DNA of 64,000 bases from Minisyncoccia bacterium. GTDB lineage: Bacteria; Patescibacteriota; Minisyncoccia; SW-4-49-11. The stretch lies in NCBI GenBank assembly GCA_044341565.1, contig JBIIRM010000004.1, positions 8,764-72,763 of the forward strand, given 5' to 3'. The notes below the pieces were generated by a model that was not told the DNA's origin, did not search any database, and was given only the letters and a program-made list of their open reading frames with translations. Of this stretch, positions 49,737-58,860 are shown piece after piece; the first letter of the stretch is position 1, and every line of letters starts with the position of its first letter. Both the position numbers and the translations under genes were made by a program.

Positions 49737-51566
49737 ATGAGTGGAAAATTATCTCTAGATACCAAAAGACATACCGGTGCACATATATTAGCAGCTGCAG
49801 TTTATGAAATGTTCCCAGAAGCTCAATTTGGCGTTGGTCCTACTACTGAGAATGGATTTTATTATGATATTCTACTTCCTCGTACTCTTATCCCAGAAGA
49901 TTTGCCTTTGCTAGAGGACAAGATGAAGGCTATTATTAAGGCAAATTTACCGGTTGAGAGAGAAGAAATGGCTATTGATGATGCAATTGCTCATTTCCAA
50001 CAAGCTGGGCAATTATTGAAGGTGGAATTATTACAGGATCTCAAAACTCATGGGACTACTAACTTCTCTGAAATATATGGAGAAGGAGAATCTGTACCTC
50101 ACGAGAATGAAGTGGCGACAGTAAGTGTATATAAAATTGGGAATTTTGTAGATTTATGTCGTGGCCCTCATATTGAGACTACTGGACAATTAGATATTAC
50201 TGCTTTTGCTTTGGACAGTATATCTGCTTCCTATTTCCGCGGCGATCAAAGTCGTGAGAGTATGCAGAGAATTTATGGGATATTATTCCACTCCAAAAAG
50301 GAATTAAAAGAATTTTTGCATAATCGAGAAGAAGCTAAAAAGCGAGATCATCGAGTATTGGGGAAAAGTTTAGGATTATTCACGTTCTCAGAACTCGTAG
50401 GTTCGGGTCTCCCCCTTTATACTCCTGCTGGGACAACACTCAAAAATAATATTGCTGGGTTATTAAGGCAAATTAGTAAAAAATATGGGGCTGAGGAAGT
50501 ATCTATTCCACATATTGCCAAAAGAGAATTATATGAAATTAGTGGTCATGCCCAAAAGTTTTCAGAAGAACTCTTGACGGTACACAGTCATTATCAGCAA
50601 GATTTTGTATTAAAACCCGTAAATTGTCCTCATCATACACAACTATTTGCTTCTGAGCCTCGTAGTTATCGCGATTTGCCTATTCGGTATATTGAATCCA
50701 CTATGCAATATCGAGATGAAAAGCCAGGACAAATTGGAGGACTTACTCGTACTCGAGGATTTACCGTAGATGATGGACATACTTTCTTAGCTGTCAGCCA
50801 GATTAAAGATGAGGTGAATTTACTTATCAAAACTATTTCAGACTTCTATAACAGTTTTGGATTATGGGAGAATAAATGGGTTTCTCTTTCAGTAAGAGAT
50901 TATAGTGATTTATCTAAATATACGGGAGTACCAGAGGATTGGGACAAGGCTGAAGCTATGTTAGAGTCTATTGCTGAGGAAAATGGTCTACAAGCCCAAA
51001 AATGTGAAGGAGAGGCTGCTATTTATGGTCCTAAGCTTGACTTTATGTTCTATGATGCTTTAGGTAATAAGCGACAATTAGCTACAATTCAATTAGACTT
51101 TGCAACTCCTAAACGATTTGAACTCGAATATATTGATGAGGAAGGAAATGCACAAACTCCAGTTATGATTCACAGAGCTATCTTGGGATCATATGAACGA
51201 TTCCTGGCTATTCTGATTGAGCATTATGCAGGACGCTTCCCGTATTGGCTTGCTCCAACTCAAGTGTCGGTATTAACCGTAAATGATTCGGATGAGGTGT
51301 CTGAATATACCAAGAATATTATTGAACAATTAGATGAAGTGGTATTATCTTCCCCTCTCAAATATAATGAGCTACGGTATATTGTAGATAATAGCTCTGA
51401 ATCTTTAGGTAAAAAAATTCGTAATGCAGAATTACAAAAAATCCCTGTGATTATTATTGTCGGTCCAAAAGATATAGAGGCGAGTCAAGTAAGTATCCGT
51501 ACTCATAACGGTGAGAGCAAAATTGCTTTATCTGAATTACAAAAATTCCTAGAGAATTTTGAATAA
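49737..51566 (+). CDS. thrS: threonine--tRNA ligase, short form lacking N-terminal TGS domain
   Basis: 609 aa; begins at second additional domain (HTGAHILAAAV ... CRGPH), class II catalytic motifs, C-terminal anticodon-binding domain. Confidence 0.9.
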   Translation: MSGKLSLDTKRHTGAHILAAAVYEMFPEAQFGVGPTTENGFYYDILLPRTLIPEDLPLLEDKMKAIIKANLPVEREEMAIDDAIAHFQQAGQLLKVELLQDLKTHGTTNFSEIYGEGESVPHENEVATVSVYKIGNFVDLCRGPHIETTGQLDITAFALDSISASYFRGDQSRESMQRIYGILFHSKKELKEFLHNREEAKKRDHRVLGKSLGLFTFSELVGSGLPLYTPAGTTLKNNIAGLLRQISKKYGAEEVSIPHIAKRELYEISGHAQKFSEELLTVHSHYQQDFVLKPVNCPHHTQLFASEPRSYRDLPIRYIESTMQYRDEKPGQIGGLTRTRGFTVDDGHTFLAVSQIKDEVNLLIKTISDFYNSFGLWENKWVSLSVRDYSDLSKYTGVPEDWDKAEAMLESIAEENGLQAQKCEGEAAIYGPKLDFMFYDALGNKRQLATIQLDFATPKRFELEYIDEEGNAQTPVMIHRAILGSYERFLAILIEHYAGRFPYWLAPTQVSVLTVNDSDEVSEYTKNIIEQLDEVVLSSPLKYNELRYIVDNSSESLGKKIRNAELQKIPVIIIVGPKDIEASQVSIRTHNGESKIALSELQKFLENFE

Positions 51567-51568
51567 TT

Positions 51569-52159
51569 TTAATATTGTAAGAATACTCCGATAAGAATCA
51601 AAACAAATCCCACACCCAGATTAACATAGGGTTGTTTGGCATCAATTTTTTCCCCCAATCTATGTAATTTATCTTTTATACTACTTATAATTTCATGTTT
51701 TTCGGTAATTGCAATGAGCCAGAATATAAGAATAGGAATATGAAAAGCTATATTGAGTCCGGTATTAGCTATCACTCTATAAATTGTCTTATCGAATAAA
51801 ATATTAATTTGAATAGCTAAGAATACATATTCTACTAGAGCTGGAAAATCTATAAAAGGAGCTATAATTCCCATTAAAAAAGGTAATGTCCCATAATATT
51901 TGGGATAAGTTTTTACCTTTTGAGATTTTGATTTTTTGGGAATTAGAACATATATAATCAATACTATACCTAATAGAATCAAGACATAACTATTGATAAG
52001 CTTAATATGATTTTTTATAGCATCAATTTCCTCTTTCAAACCCCAAATAATAACTCCAGAAATTATAAAATGAATCAAGAATAACCCCACCAAAAACCAA
52101 AACATATTTTTGGCAGATTTAGAATGTGCCAAATAATATAAACTTAATATAACTGTCAT
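51569..52159 (-). CDS. polytopic membrane protein, hypothetical
   Basis: 196 aa, about 6 TM. Confidence 0.4.
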   Translation of the reverse strand: MTVILSLYYLAHSKSAKNMFWFLVGLFLIHFIISGVIIWGLKEEIDAIKNHIKLINSYVLILLGIVLIIYVLIPKKSKSQKVKTYPKYYGTLPFLMGIIAPFIDFPALVEYVFLAIQINILFDKTIYRVIANTGLNIAFHIPILIFWLIAITEKHEIISSIKDKLHRLGEKIDAKQPYVNLGVGFVLILIGVFLQY

Positions 52160-52172
52160 ATATTTTTATATA

Positions 52173-53555
52173 TTAGAATTCTCCAAAAGTTTCACTATTG
52201 AGATAGGCTCCAATATCCTCAATATCTATTCTCAGTTGCTCCATAGTATCTCGATGCCGAATTGTTACTGTACCCTCAGATAAAGTCTCATAATCCACAG
52301 TCACACACCAAGGAGTCCCAATTTCATCTTGTCTGCGATATCTCTTCCCTATTGATCCGGCCATATCCATATCCGCAAGTATCCCCTTTTTACGAAGATT
52401 CATATAGATTTCTTTGGCACTCTCAGCGAGACCATCCTTTTTCATCAATGGGAGTATAGCAATTTTATATGGAGCAATATGATAAGGGAATTTGAGTACA
52501 ATACGAGACTCATCAGTTCCTGCAATTGCCTCCTCATTATAGAATTCAAAGAGAGAAGATAAGAGAAGCCTATTTACTCCGAGAGAAGTCTCAATCACAT
52601 AAGGGAAATATTGCTCATTGGTCTCAGGATCACGATAGCGTAAATCCTTACCACTAAATTCACTATGTTGTTTTGTATCATAATCTGTACGATTATGTAT
52701 ACCTTCCATTTCTTTAAATCCCAAAGCCCCAAATTCATAATCTATATCCCATGCATCTTTAGCATAGAATACCAGTTTTTCATGTTGTCTAAATTTGAGA
52801 TGTTCAGGATTATACCCGAGATACTCTGTATAGAATGTATAGCGATAATCTTTCCAGAATTCATACCAATTATCTTCTTCTCCTGGTTTTACAAAGAATT
52901 GTAAATCTATTTGCTCAAATTCACGAGTACGGAAAATATATTGTTTTACGGTAATCTCATTACGAAAAGCTTTACCAAGTTGCGCAATACCAAATGGTAA
53001 TTTACGTCGACTGGTCTCTTGTACTAATTTCCAATTTACATAAATATTCTGGCAAGCCTCCCCTTTGAGATAAGCCACAGTAGATTCATCAACCGTTGCC
53101 CCAAGATGTGTCTGTACCAAAAGATTAAATTGTTTTGCCTTAGTAAGAGGATTGCCATCTGGAGATAGAATTTTATTCTCAGCAATAATGTTATCTGTCT
53201 CTTCCGGAGAAAGGCTATCTGCATTATTCATAATACCAGCATCCTCAATGAGGTGGTCAGCCCGATAACGTTTATGAGTTACCGTGTCCTCTACTAAGAG
53301 ATCCGCAAATCCTCCAATATGTCCACTAGCCTCCCATACTTTAGGATGAAGGAATATAGCTCCCTCAATCTCAACTACATCATCACGATAAGTCACCATA
53401 TAATCCCGCCAAGCCTGTACGAGATTGTCTTTTAGGAGCTTTCCTAAAGGTCCTAAATCATAAACAGCTGAATATCCTCCATAAATTTCTGATGAAGGAA
53501 ACACAAACCCATTGCGATGAGCATATTTTACAATTGTATCCAGTTTTGTTGACAT
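52173..53555 (-). CDS. glyQS: glycine--tRNA ligase (alpha2 homodimeric type)
   Basis: 460 aa; class II motifs, archaeal/eukaryote-like single-chain GlyRS (...FPSSEIYGG..., FRNEIT, GIGERYRR-like C-terminal anticodon domain). Confidence 0.9.
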   Translation of the reverse strand: MSTKLDTIVKYAHRNGFVFPSSEIYGGYSAVYDLGPLGKLLKDNLVQAWRDYMVTYRDDVVEIEGAIFLHPKVWEASGHIGGFADLLVEDTVTHKRYRADHLIEDAGIMNNADSLSPEETDNIIAENKILSPDGNPLTKAKQFNLLVQTHLGATVDESTVAYLKGEACQNIYVNWKLVQETSRRKLPFGIAQLGKAFRNEITVKQYIFRTREFEQIDLQFFVKPGEEDNWYEFWKDYRYTFYTEYLGYNPEHLKFRQHEKLVFYAKDAWDIDYEFGALGFKEMEGIHNRTDYDTKQHSEFSGKDLRYRDPETNEQYFPYVIETSLGVNRLLLSSLFEFYNEEAIAGTDESRIVLKFPYHIAPYKIAILPLMKKDGLAESAKEIYMNLRKKGILADMDMAGSIGKRYRRQDEIGTPWCVTVDYETLSEGTVTIRHRDTMEQLRIDIEDIGAYLNSETFGEF

Positions 53556-53617
53556 AAAATATAATATATTAGGTAGTTGTATCTAGTATACCAAATAACT
53601 GTATTCTTGTGAACAAA

Positions 53618-54181
53618 TTAGCCCCAAGCCCCCTCTGTATGATCTTTATCTTCTAATATATCTTCTATAGAACTGAGTAACTCTTCTTTTTTCTTTTTAA
53701 CTGCAAGTTCTATTAAGTCTCGCATACTATTAGCATCTTGTATCAACATTGAGCTTGCATGTTGCCTGTGATATACACCCCCAGCCCGTAGTACATCAGG
53801 AAAATCTTTGGTACAAATCGTAGGTACAGATTCAAATTCCTCAATTTCTAATATGAGCAGTTGCTTACTCTCATATTCTACCGTTTTGATAGTATATCGA
53901 GGCAATGGGTCAAGATAATTACTTATATATTGATCAATCCAAGTCCTATCTACACTTGCTAAATCCTCAGCACTAAGTCCAGTTATTTCTTTTTTATCCG
54001 ATACTCCGAATATGAGCATTCCCCCATCCGGCATATTAGATATAGCTGCTATATGCTTGGCAAGTTTCACCTTGCGATACTCATCAAAGGTATGCCAATT
54101 GAATTCTTGCTTGAAGTCTATATGATTATCTTCATAGCCTTCGGTGATCACTTTTTGTAATAATTCGAGGGTGTATTTCAT
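53618..54181 (-). CDS. AlbA_2 (Schlafen-like putative DNA-binding) domain protein
   Basis: 187 aa; ...EGYEDNHIDFKQEF...AAISNMPDGGMLIFGVSDKKEITGL pattern of divergent-AAA/AlbA_2 N-domain. Confidence 0.45.
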   Translation of the reverse strand: MKYTLELLQKVITEGYEDNHIDFKQEFNWHTFDEYRKVKLAKHIAAISNMPDGGMLIFGVSDKKEITGLSAEDLASVDRTWIDQYISNYLDPLPRYTIKTVEYESKQLLILEIEEFESVPTICTKDFPDVLRAGGVYHRQHASSMLIQDANSMRDLIELAVKKKKEELLSSIEDILEDKDHTEGAWG

Positions 54182-54185
54182 ATAG

Positions 54186-55571
54186 CTATCTGTAAGAAGA
54201 CATAGGTATAGGTCTTGGCATTGGGTTGATTTCTGTCATACCAGTTTGAAATAAGATTAGATACAATGAGAATAGTAATATAAACCAGACAAATTGTAGA
54301 ATTATAATAGATAATGCATTTCCCCAACCTCTCCTCAAGCCAACCATAATAGCTGGAGCCAAGAGAATAAAGGCATATAATAAAGTTGTGATGACTGAAA
54401 TCAGTGAGCTAAATGTAGGATCATAAGATAGAGATTGCCATATATTATTATAACTCAAGACTCTTAACACAATACTTACAATAATAACTAGAATAACTGA
54501 TCCAAGACTAATCAAAACATTAGTCAGATTAAATAAGTTAATAGATTTATTATCGACAATAGGTCGAACTTTATCTTGAGAGCTGACAGTATTATCTAAA
54601 CCCTTTTTATGTTTAGAATTGATATATTTACTCAAGAAATAAATCGACACGACAATTGCAACGAGTATCACAAGAGTAATAATAATTTCATTTACATATA
54701 GGAGAAAACGATTCTTGGCATATTCCCCCTTTACATTGAAACTTTCATTAGGAGCTAAACTTTTACCTTCTTTGATAATTACTCCATAAGAGCCAATATT
54801 ACTAACTACTCTGTCCAATTCCCTACTAGATATCGCTGATGAATCTCCTAATTTAGCCATCGGCATAGTCCCAGCACTTTCATTATAATTGACCGATGAT
54901 TGTTTGCCTTTGATAAATAAATCACTATCTACATCTACCGCTACTTTAGTTGATTGTATTCTGGAGTTGACTTTGATAGTCTCAAAATTAAATTTATATA
55001 AACCAAAAGCATTATCTACATAACCCTTAGAAGCATAAGAGATAATAAGAGCAGTAGATTTGGAAGGATCGACTGAATTAGGTAAAGTCAAATTATAAGT
55101 GTTTCCCGTTTTAGTATATTTGATTTTAGTATATTCTGCTGATTGTCCTGAGCCATAGTAATAATAATCTTGTCCATAATCTGGTTCTCTATATTCCAAA
55201 CACTTATTAGGTTGAGTGTTATAATCATATTTTACACATTCTGGAGGTAATTTCATCTGATACATTATCATCTCATAAGGATCAACTTTTGGAATTTCAA
55301 AACTAAACTCACTGAGAGCCTGCTCCTCTCGATTAGGGATAACTATTTTAGCATAGGTAATAGCCTCACCATTACCACGAAAAACCACACTATAGGAATG
55401 CTTTTGCCCAAATAAAAGTGAGTTGGAAGTATCAGGGGGTATAGGTATAATAGGAGCTATATCTGGAGCCACAGAATTAGCTTCTTGAGCTAAGACAATC
55501 CCCCCAAAGTTAGCTAAAAACAGACCTAAAACTAGTACTAGAGCTATAGATTTTGTAATTATTTTATGCAT
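54186..55571 (-). CDS. secreted/membrane protein: signal peptide, extracytoplasmic domain, C-terminal multi-TM region; hypothetical
   Basis: 461 aa; N-terminal signal peptide, 4 C-terminal hydrophobic helices. Confidence 0.4.
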   Translation of the reverse strand: MHKIITKSIALVLVLGLFLANFGGIVLAQEANSVAPDIAPIIPIPPDTSNSLLFGQKHSYSVVFRGNGEAITYAKIVIPNREEQALSEFSFEIPKVDPYEMIMYQMKLPPECVKYDYNTQPNKCLEYREPDYGQDYYYYGSGQSAEYTKIKYTKTGNTYNLTLPNSVDPSKSTALIISYASKGYVDNAFGLYKFNFETIKVNSRIQSTKVAVDVDSDLFIKGKQSSVNYNESAGTMPMAKLGDSSAISSRELDRVVSNIGSYGVIIKEGKSLAPNESFNVKGEYAKNRFLLYVNEIIITLVILVAIVVSIYFLSKYINSKHKKGLDNTVSSQDKVRPIVDNKSINLFNLTNVLISLGSVILVIIVSIVLRVLSYNNIWQSLSYDPTFSSLISVITTLLYAFILLAPAIMVGLRRGWGNALSIIILQFVWFILLFSLYLILFQTGMTEINPMPRPIPMSSYR

Positions 55572-55690
55572 ATTTTTATTTAGTAGTTTAATACTAAATA
55601 TATTATAGCATATATTTAGAAAATTATCTCAAATTTAGAGAAAGCAAATATTCTCAGAAAAAAACTTTTACAAATAATATAGTAGTGATT

Positions 55691-56035
55691 TTATTCGTTG
55701 TAATTTTGATTAACTTTAAAAGCAATAATTTTCTCAATCAAATCATAAGGAATGGGTTCATCAAGGGGAAATTGTACCGACCCCTTACCTTGTTTATAGT
55801 GAGATAATTCTTGCGCAAATTCTGTATGAGCTTTAGGAGTGGCATATAGTCCAATATGATGTTCAAAGGCAGCAAAATATACCAGCGGCTTATTGTTTAG
55901 CTTAAAAGCTGGCATTGCATAAGAAATACTTTCTTCAGATTCTGGGGCTAAAGTTTTGACCAAATTATAAAGTTTATTCAAAATAATTTGTGTTGATTCA
56001 GGGAATTGTGATATATATTCAGGTATAGAATTCAT
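55691..56035 (-). CDS. DUF1801 (YdhG-like) domain protein
   Basis: 114 aa; ...ISYAMPAFKLNNKPLVYFAAFEHHIGLYATP... matches recalled DUF1801 core. Confidence 0.5.
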   Translation of the reverse strand: MNSIPEYISQFPESTQIILNKLYNLVKTLAPESEESISYAMPAFKLNNKPLVYFAAFEHHIGLYATPKAHTEFAQELSHYKQGKGSVQFPLDEPIPYDLIEKIIAFKVNQNYNE

Positions 56036-56122
56036 ATATTGTCAGTTTACATTATATATAGTATATCATATTGACTATATGCCTGATATATGATTATATA
56101 ATTCTGTCTTGCATTTTCACAA

Positions 56123-56749
56123 ATGAAGAATTATTCAATCGAATTTATCACAAATCTGGCTAATGGTGGGGGCAGGGTTTGGACAGCATTAAAATCTTGC
56201 TCTGATCTCCCTACTATAGAGGATAGATTTAAAAGTCTACGTCAACTAGTAACGGTGATAGCGGGTCCTAACTCTGATACCCTCACAGAGCTTTCTGATG
56301 TCAACAATATTCTAGAGACTTGTGGTCCAACTTGGAGAAGATCTATTAATATACGGCAATTAAGAGCTTATACATTCTTCATTAGTTTACCGAGTAGAAC
56401 AGCTTACATCGCGACAAAAGAGCAAGGAGGGCAAAAAACACTTCACTCGGTAGGGGTAAAAGCAGGTAATTCTGATGCTTATGCATCAGTAATTCTCTTT
56501 ATGCATATACTTATTCGAGTACTTGAGGGGAATAAAGATCTTCATATAAACTGGATCAAAGATATGGCACTTGGTAAAACTAACCCCTGTCAGAACTTGG
56601 TTGGCAATACGGAGATAGATCGTTTATTAGATATGTTTTCCATATTACAAGAGCCTCAACATCGTTCTAAGATTGCATCTTATCCCCCCGAAATTACCAT
56701 CTATATCCCTCCTCCATCTTCTTATGAGATAATCGTCACAAAGCATTAA
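56123..56749 (+). CDS. hypothetical protein
   Basis: 208-aa ORF followed by clean terminator; no motif recognised. Confidence 0.35.
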   Translation: MKNYSIEFITNLANGGGRVWTALKSCSDLPTIEDRFKSLRQLVTVIAGPNSDTLTELSDVNNILETCGPTWRRSINIRQLRAYTFFISLPSRTAYIATKEQGGQKTLHSVGVKAGNSDAYASVILFMHILIRVLEGNKDLHINWIKDMALGKTNPCQNLVGNTEIDRLLDMFSILQEPQHRSKIASYPPEITIYIPPPSSYEIIVTKH

Positions 56750-56766
56750 CCATGCTCCACTCCCTC

Positions 56767-56793
56767 CACCCCGCAAATTACGGGGTGTTTTTA
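56767..56793 (+). terminator. rho-independent terminator
   Basis: CCACCCCGcaaattaCGGGGTG followed by TTTTTATTT. Confidence 0.5.
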
Positions 56794-56869
56794 TTTATAT
56801 AGATTTAAGGAAACTTTCAATGTCTGTCACATATTGTTTTTCTCCATCTGTTGTAAAAATTTTTTATGT

Positions 56870-57205
56870 CTATTTTTTAGAGCACCATGTATAACTATCA
56901 ATACATCTATTGGTATTGAGTTCAGAGTCATTAGGACAAATCTTTTCACTAAGAGGAGTACCCTTTTCATAAATAAGTGAGTTGGCTTGTTCCGCATCAT
57001 TGACTGAAGATAAGCAACAACCTGATCCTTCTAATCCTTCACATTTTTTTCTAAAACTTTCATAATATGCTTTTGATTTTGGTTCTATTGTTGTCTGTTG
57101 ATTAGAGACATTATCCTCCACATTTTTTTGATTAATATAAATAAACAAAATAATACCTATAATAGCTAAAAGAATTGATAAGGATATTATGTAAATTTTT
57201 TTCAT
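56870..57205 (-). CDS. small secreted cysteine-rich protein (signal peptide plus about 85-aa mature part with 7 Cys)
   Basis: Start at ATG 57203-57205 (MKKIYIISLSILLAIIGIILFIY); the track's longer ORF to 57451 reads through a GC-rich non-coding leader. Confidence 0.45.
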   Translation of the reverse strand: MKKIYIISLSILLAIIGIILFIYINQKNVEDNVSNQQTTIEPKSKAYYESFRKKCEGLEGSGCCLSSVNDAEQANSLIYEKGTPLSEKICPNDSELNTNRCIDSYTWCSKK

Positions 57206-57249
57206 AGTTTTATTATACAGATTTATCTTATAGTATACAAGAGTATATA

Positions 57250-57465
57250 CGTATTTATACGCAGAAGAGAGACTTGAGTCGCAAATAGGATTTGCTCCTT
57301 GAAACCTTTCGGTTCCAATACCTCCGCCACGGGAAACTACCATTTCCATCAATCCCCCCACGCCCCATCTCGGACACCCACGGTTTCCGACATTCGGAGT
57401 AAACTCCTCACTGCCTTCCTGCCCAGGGGGATTGAGACCCCTTCCCATCAAGTCCCCTTTCTTAC
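57250..57465 (-). other. GC-rich structured non-coding region (candidate 5' leader/ncRNA) between tRNA-Leu terminator and the small Cys-rich gene
   Basis: About 215 nt at roughly 55% GC; multiple G/C helices (GGGGAUUGAUGG..., CCGUGGGUGUCCGAGAUGGGG...); not assignable to tmRNA/RNase P/SRP by eye. Confidence 0.3.
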
Positions 57466-57471
57466 ATACAT

Positions 57472-57513
57472 CTAATACAAAAATATACTCTTAAGGATAA
57501 ATCCTAAGAGTAT
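57472..57513 (-). terminator. rho-independent terminator after tRNA-Leu
   Basis: On minus strand: stem ATACTCTTA(A)GG/CCTAAGAGTAT, loop ATTTAT, then AUUUUUGUAUU. Confidence 0.45.
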
Positions 57514-57524
57514 ATTTTATATAG

Positions 57525-57613
57525 TGCGCAGAAGAGGACTTGAACCTCCACGGTACTTTGTATTTTCCCACAAGCACCTCAAGCTTGCGTGTCTACCATT
57601 CCACCACCTGCGC
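57525..57613 (-). tRNA. tRNA-Leu (anticodon GAG), long variable arm
   Basis: Reverse complement: acceptor GCGCAGG/TCTGCGC, anticodon stem CAAGC/GCTTG loop TTGAGGT, long variable arm, T-arm GGAGG-TTCAAGT-CCTCT. Confidence 0.8.
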
Positions 57614-57646
57614 ATTTGAGAGTTTTAGACTCTCTGGAAGCTGATA

Positions 57647-58060
57647 TTATTCAGCTGAGGTAATTTCTTGTTCTGGTGTAGATTCTACTACTGGAGCTGA
57701 TTTTGTTGACTCGGTAGTAATAACTTTCTTTGCTCGCTCTTTTAGACGATATTTCTTTCCTACTGCTTCTCTCAAGTAAAAGAGTTTAGCTCGGCGAACT
57801 TTATTATGCTTAAGGATTTCAACTTTTGCAATATTAGGAGAATATATAGGGAAAATTCTCTCTACACCTATTCCAAGAGATACTTTTCTTACAGTGAAAG
57901 TAGCAGAAATACTGGTTTTAAGATGTTTTGCAATTACAATACCTTCAAATATCTGAATTCGCTCTTTTGTTCCTTCAATAACTTTTTGATGTACTCGAAC
58001 AGTATCTCCTATTTGTATAGGTTCAAATGGTAATTCTGTAGGTGTTGCTGCTGTACTCAT
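57647..58060 (-). CDS. rplS: 50S ribosomal protein L19 with C-terminal extension
   Basis: 137 aa; L19 core ([46 protein letters not shown]). Confidence 0.85.
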   Translation of the reverse strand: MSTAATPTELPFEPIQIGDTVRVHQKVIEGTKERIQIFEGIVIAKHLKTSISATFTVRKVSLGIGVERIFPIYSPNIAKVEILKHNKVRRAKLFYLREAVGKKYRLKERAKKVITTESTKSAPVVESTPEQEITSAE

Positions 58061-58098
58061 ATCATTGTCTTATATAATCTCCCTATAATGTGTTGGGG

Positions 58099-58172
58099 TG
58101 GGCGATGTAGGATTCGAACCTACGACCCTCTCGGTGTAAACGAGATGCTCTAACCAACTGAGCCAATCGCCC
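58099..58172 (-). tRNA. tRNA-Val (anticodon UAC)
   Basis: Reverse complement: acceptor GGGCGAT/ATCGCCC, anticodon stem TCTCG/CGAGA loop TTTACAC, T-arm GTAGG-TTCGAAT-CCTAC. Confidence 0.8.
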
Positions 58173-58211
58173 CAAGTATTGGAATGAATCTTCTTATAGC
58201 GAAGCTCATCT

Positions 58212-58288
58212 TGGTAGCGATAGGAGGGATCGAACCTCCGACCTCGGGCTTATGAGTCCCGCGCTCTAACCAGCTGAGCTATATCGCC
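58212..58288 (-). tRNA. tRNA-Met (anticodon CAU; elongator type, or tRNA-Ile2 if lysidinylated), CCA encoded
   Basis: Acceptor GGCGATA/TATCGCT, D-arm GCTCAGCTGGTTAGAGC (C11-G24), anticodon loop CTCATAA. Confidence 0.75.
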
Positions 58289-58312
58289 AATTAAGAGAAA
58301 GATACATCTTTG

Positions 58313-58384
<72 letters not shown>

Positions 58385-58439
58385 AATTTATATAACGCTT
58401 TACCATTATGACATATTCTCAAAAATAATGCAAGAGTTG

Positions 58440-58860
58440 GGGTGTGAGTTTGGTTAGTAATTGTAAATTATGGATTTTGTAGGGGCGACCTTTCAGTCGC
58501 CTGTACTATGCCCCTCTTTGCCGAGGGAGTACCACAAAGTGGTGGGTATGGATAAAATAGCTTAGTCCTCCTCCGCCCTGCCTACCGTAGGCAGGCAAAG
58601 GGGGACAAAAATATCAAGTTACAAAAATAACAAAATACAGGCGACTGAAAGGTCGCCCCTACAAATACAAAAATACTCCACCCCGTCAGGGAAACCTGCC
58701 ACCCCTCAAGAGGGGAATTTAGCTTTATCCACCTCTGGTACTTCGTGCCACCTCCTCCAAAGGAGGACAAAAATATCAAGTTACCAAAATACTCCACCCC
58801 GTCCAGCAAAGCTGTCCACCCCTCAACGAGGGGAATTTTATAACTATTTCCTATTCTGAA
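58440..58860. repeat. GC-rich nested palindromic-repeat region (non-coding) between recR and the tRNA-fMet cluster
   Basis: Two copies of unit ggacaaaaatatcaagttac...ctccaccccgtc[hairpin]acccctcaa..gaggggaatt with compensatory hairpin variants; hairpins inserted within units; TCCTCCaaaGGAGGA motif shared with 32816-32953. Confidence 0.55.
58477..58664. mobile_element. MITE-like element: 30-bp terminal inverted repeats (29/30 match) enclosing about 130 bp
   Basis: Left ttgtaggggcgacctttcagtcgcctgtac, right atacaggcgactgaaaggtcgcccctacaa; each arm is itself a GGCGAC/GTCGCC hairpin; interior carries perfect palindrome gcctgcctaccgtaggcaggc. Confidence 0.4.

Noticed and set aside
57206-57451. 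N-terminal 82 codons of track ORF 56870-57451(-)
   Set aside because: Translation of the GC-rich non-coding island (Gly/Arg/Pro-rich, no conservation logic); the real start with a signal peptide is at 57203-57205
58598-58790. Possible CRISPR array suggested by repeated ggacaaaaatatcaagttac
   Set aside because: Only two copies, 164 bp apart, embedded in longer homologous units with hairpin insertions; no regular repeat-spacer periodicity and no cas genes
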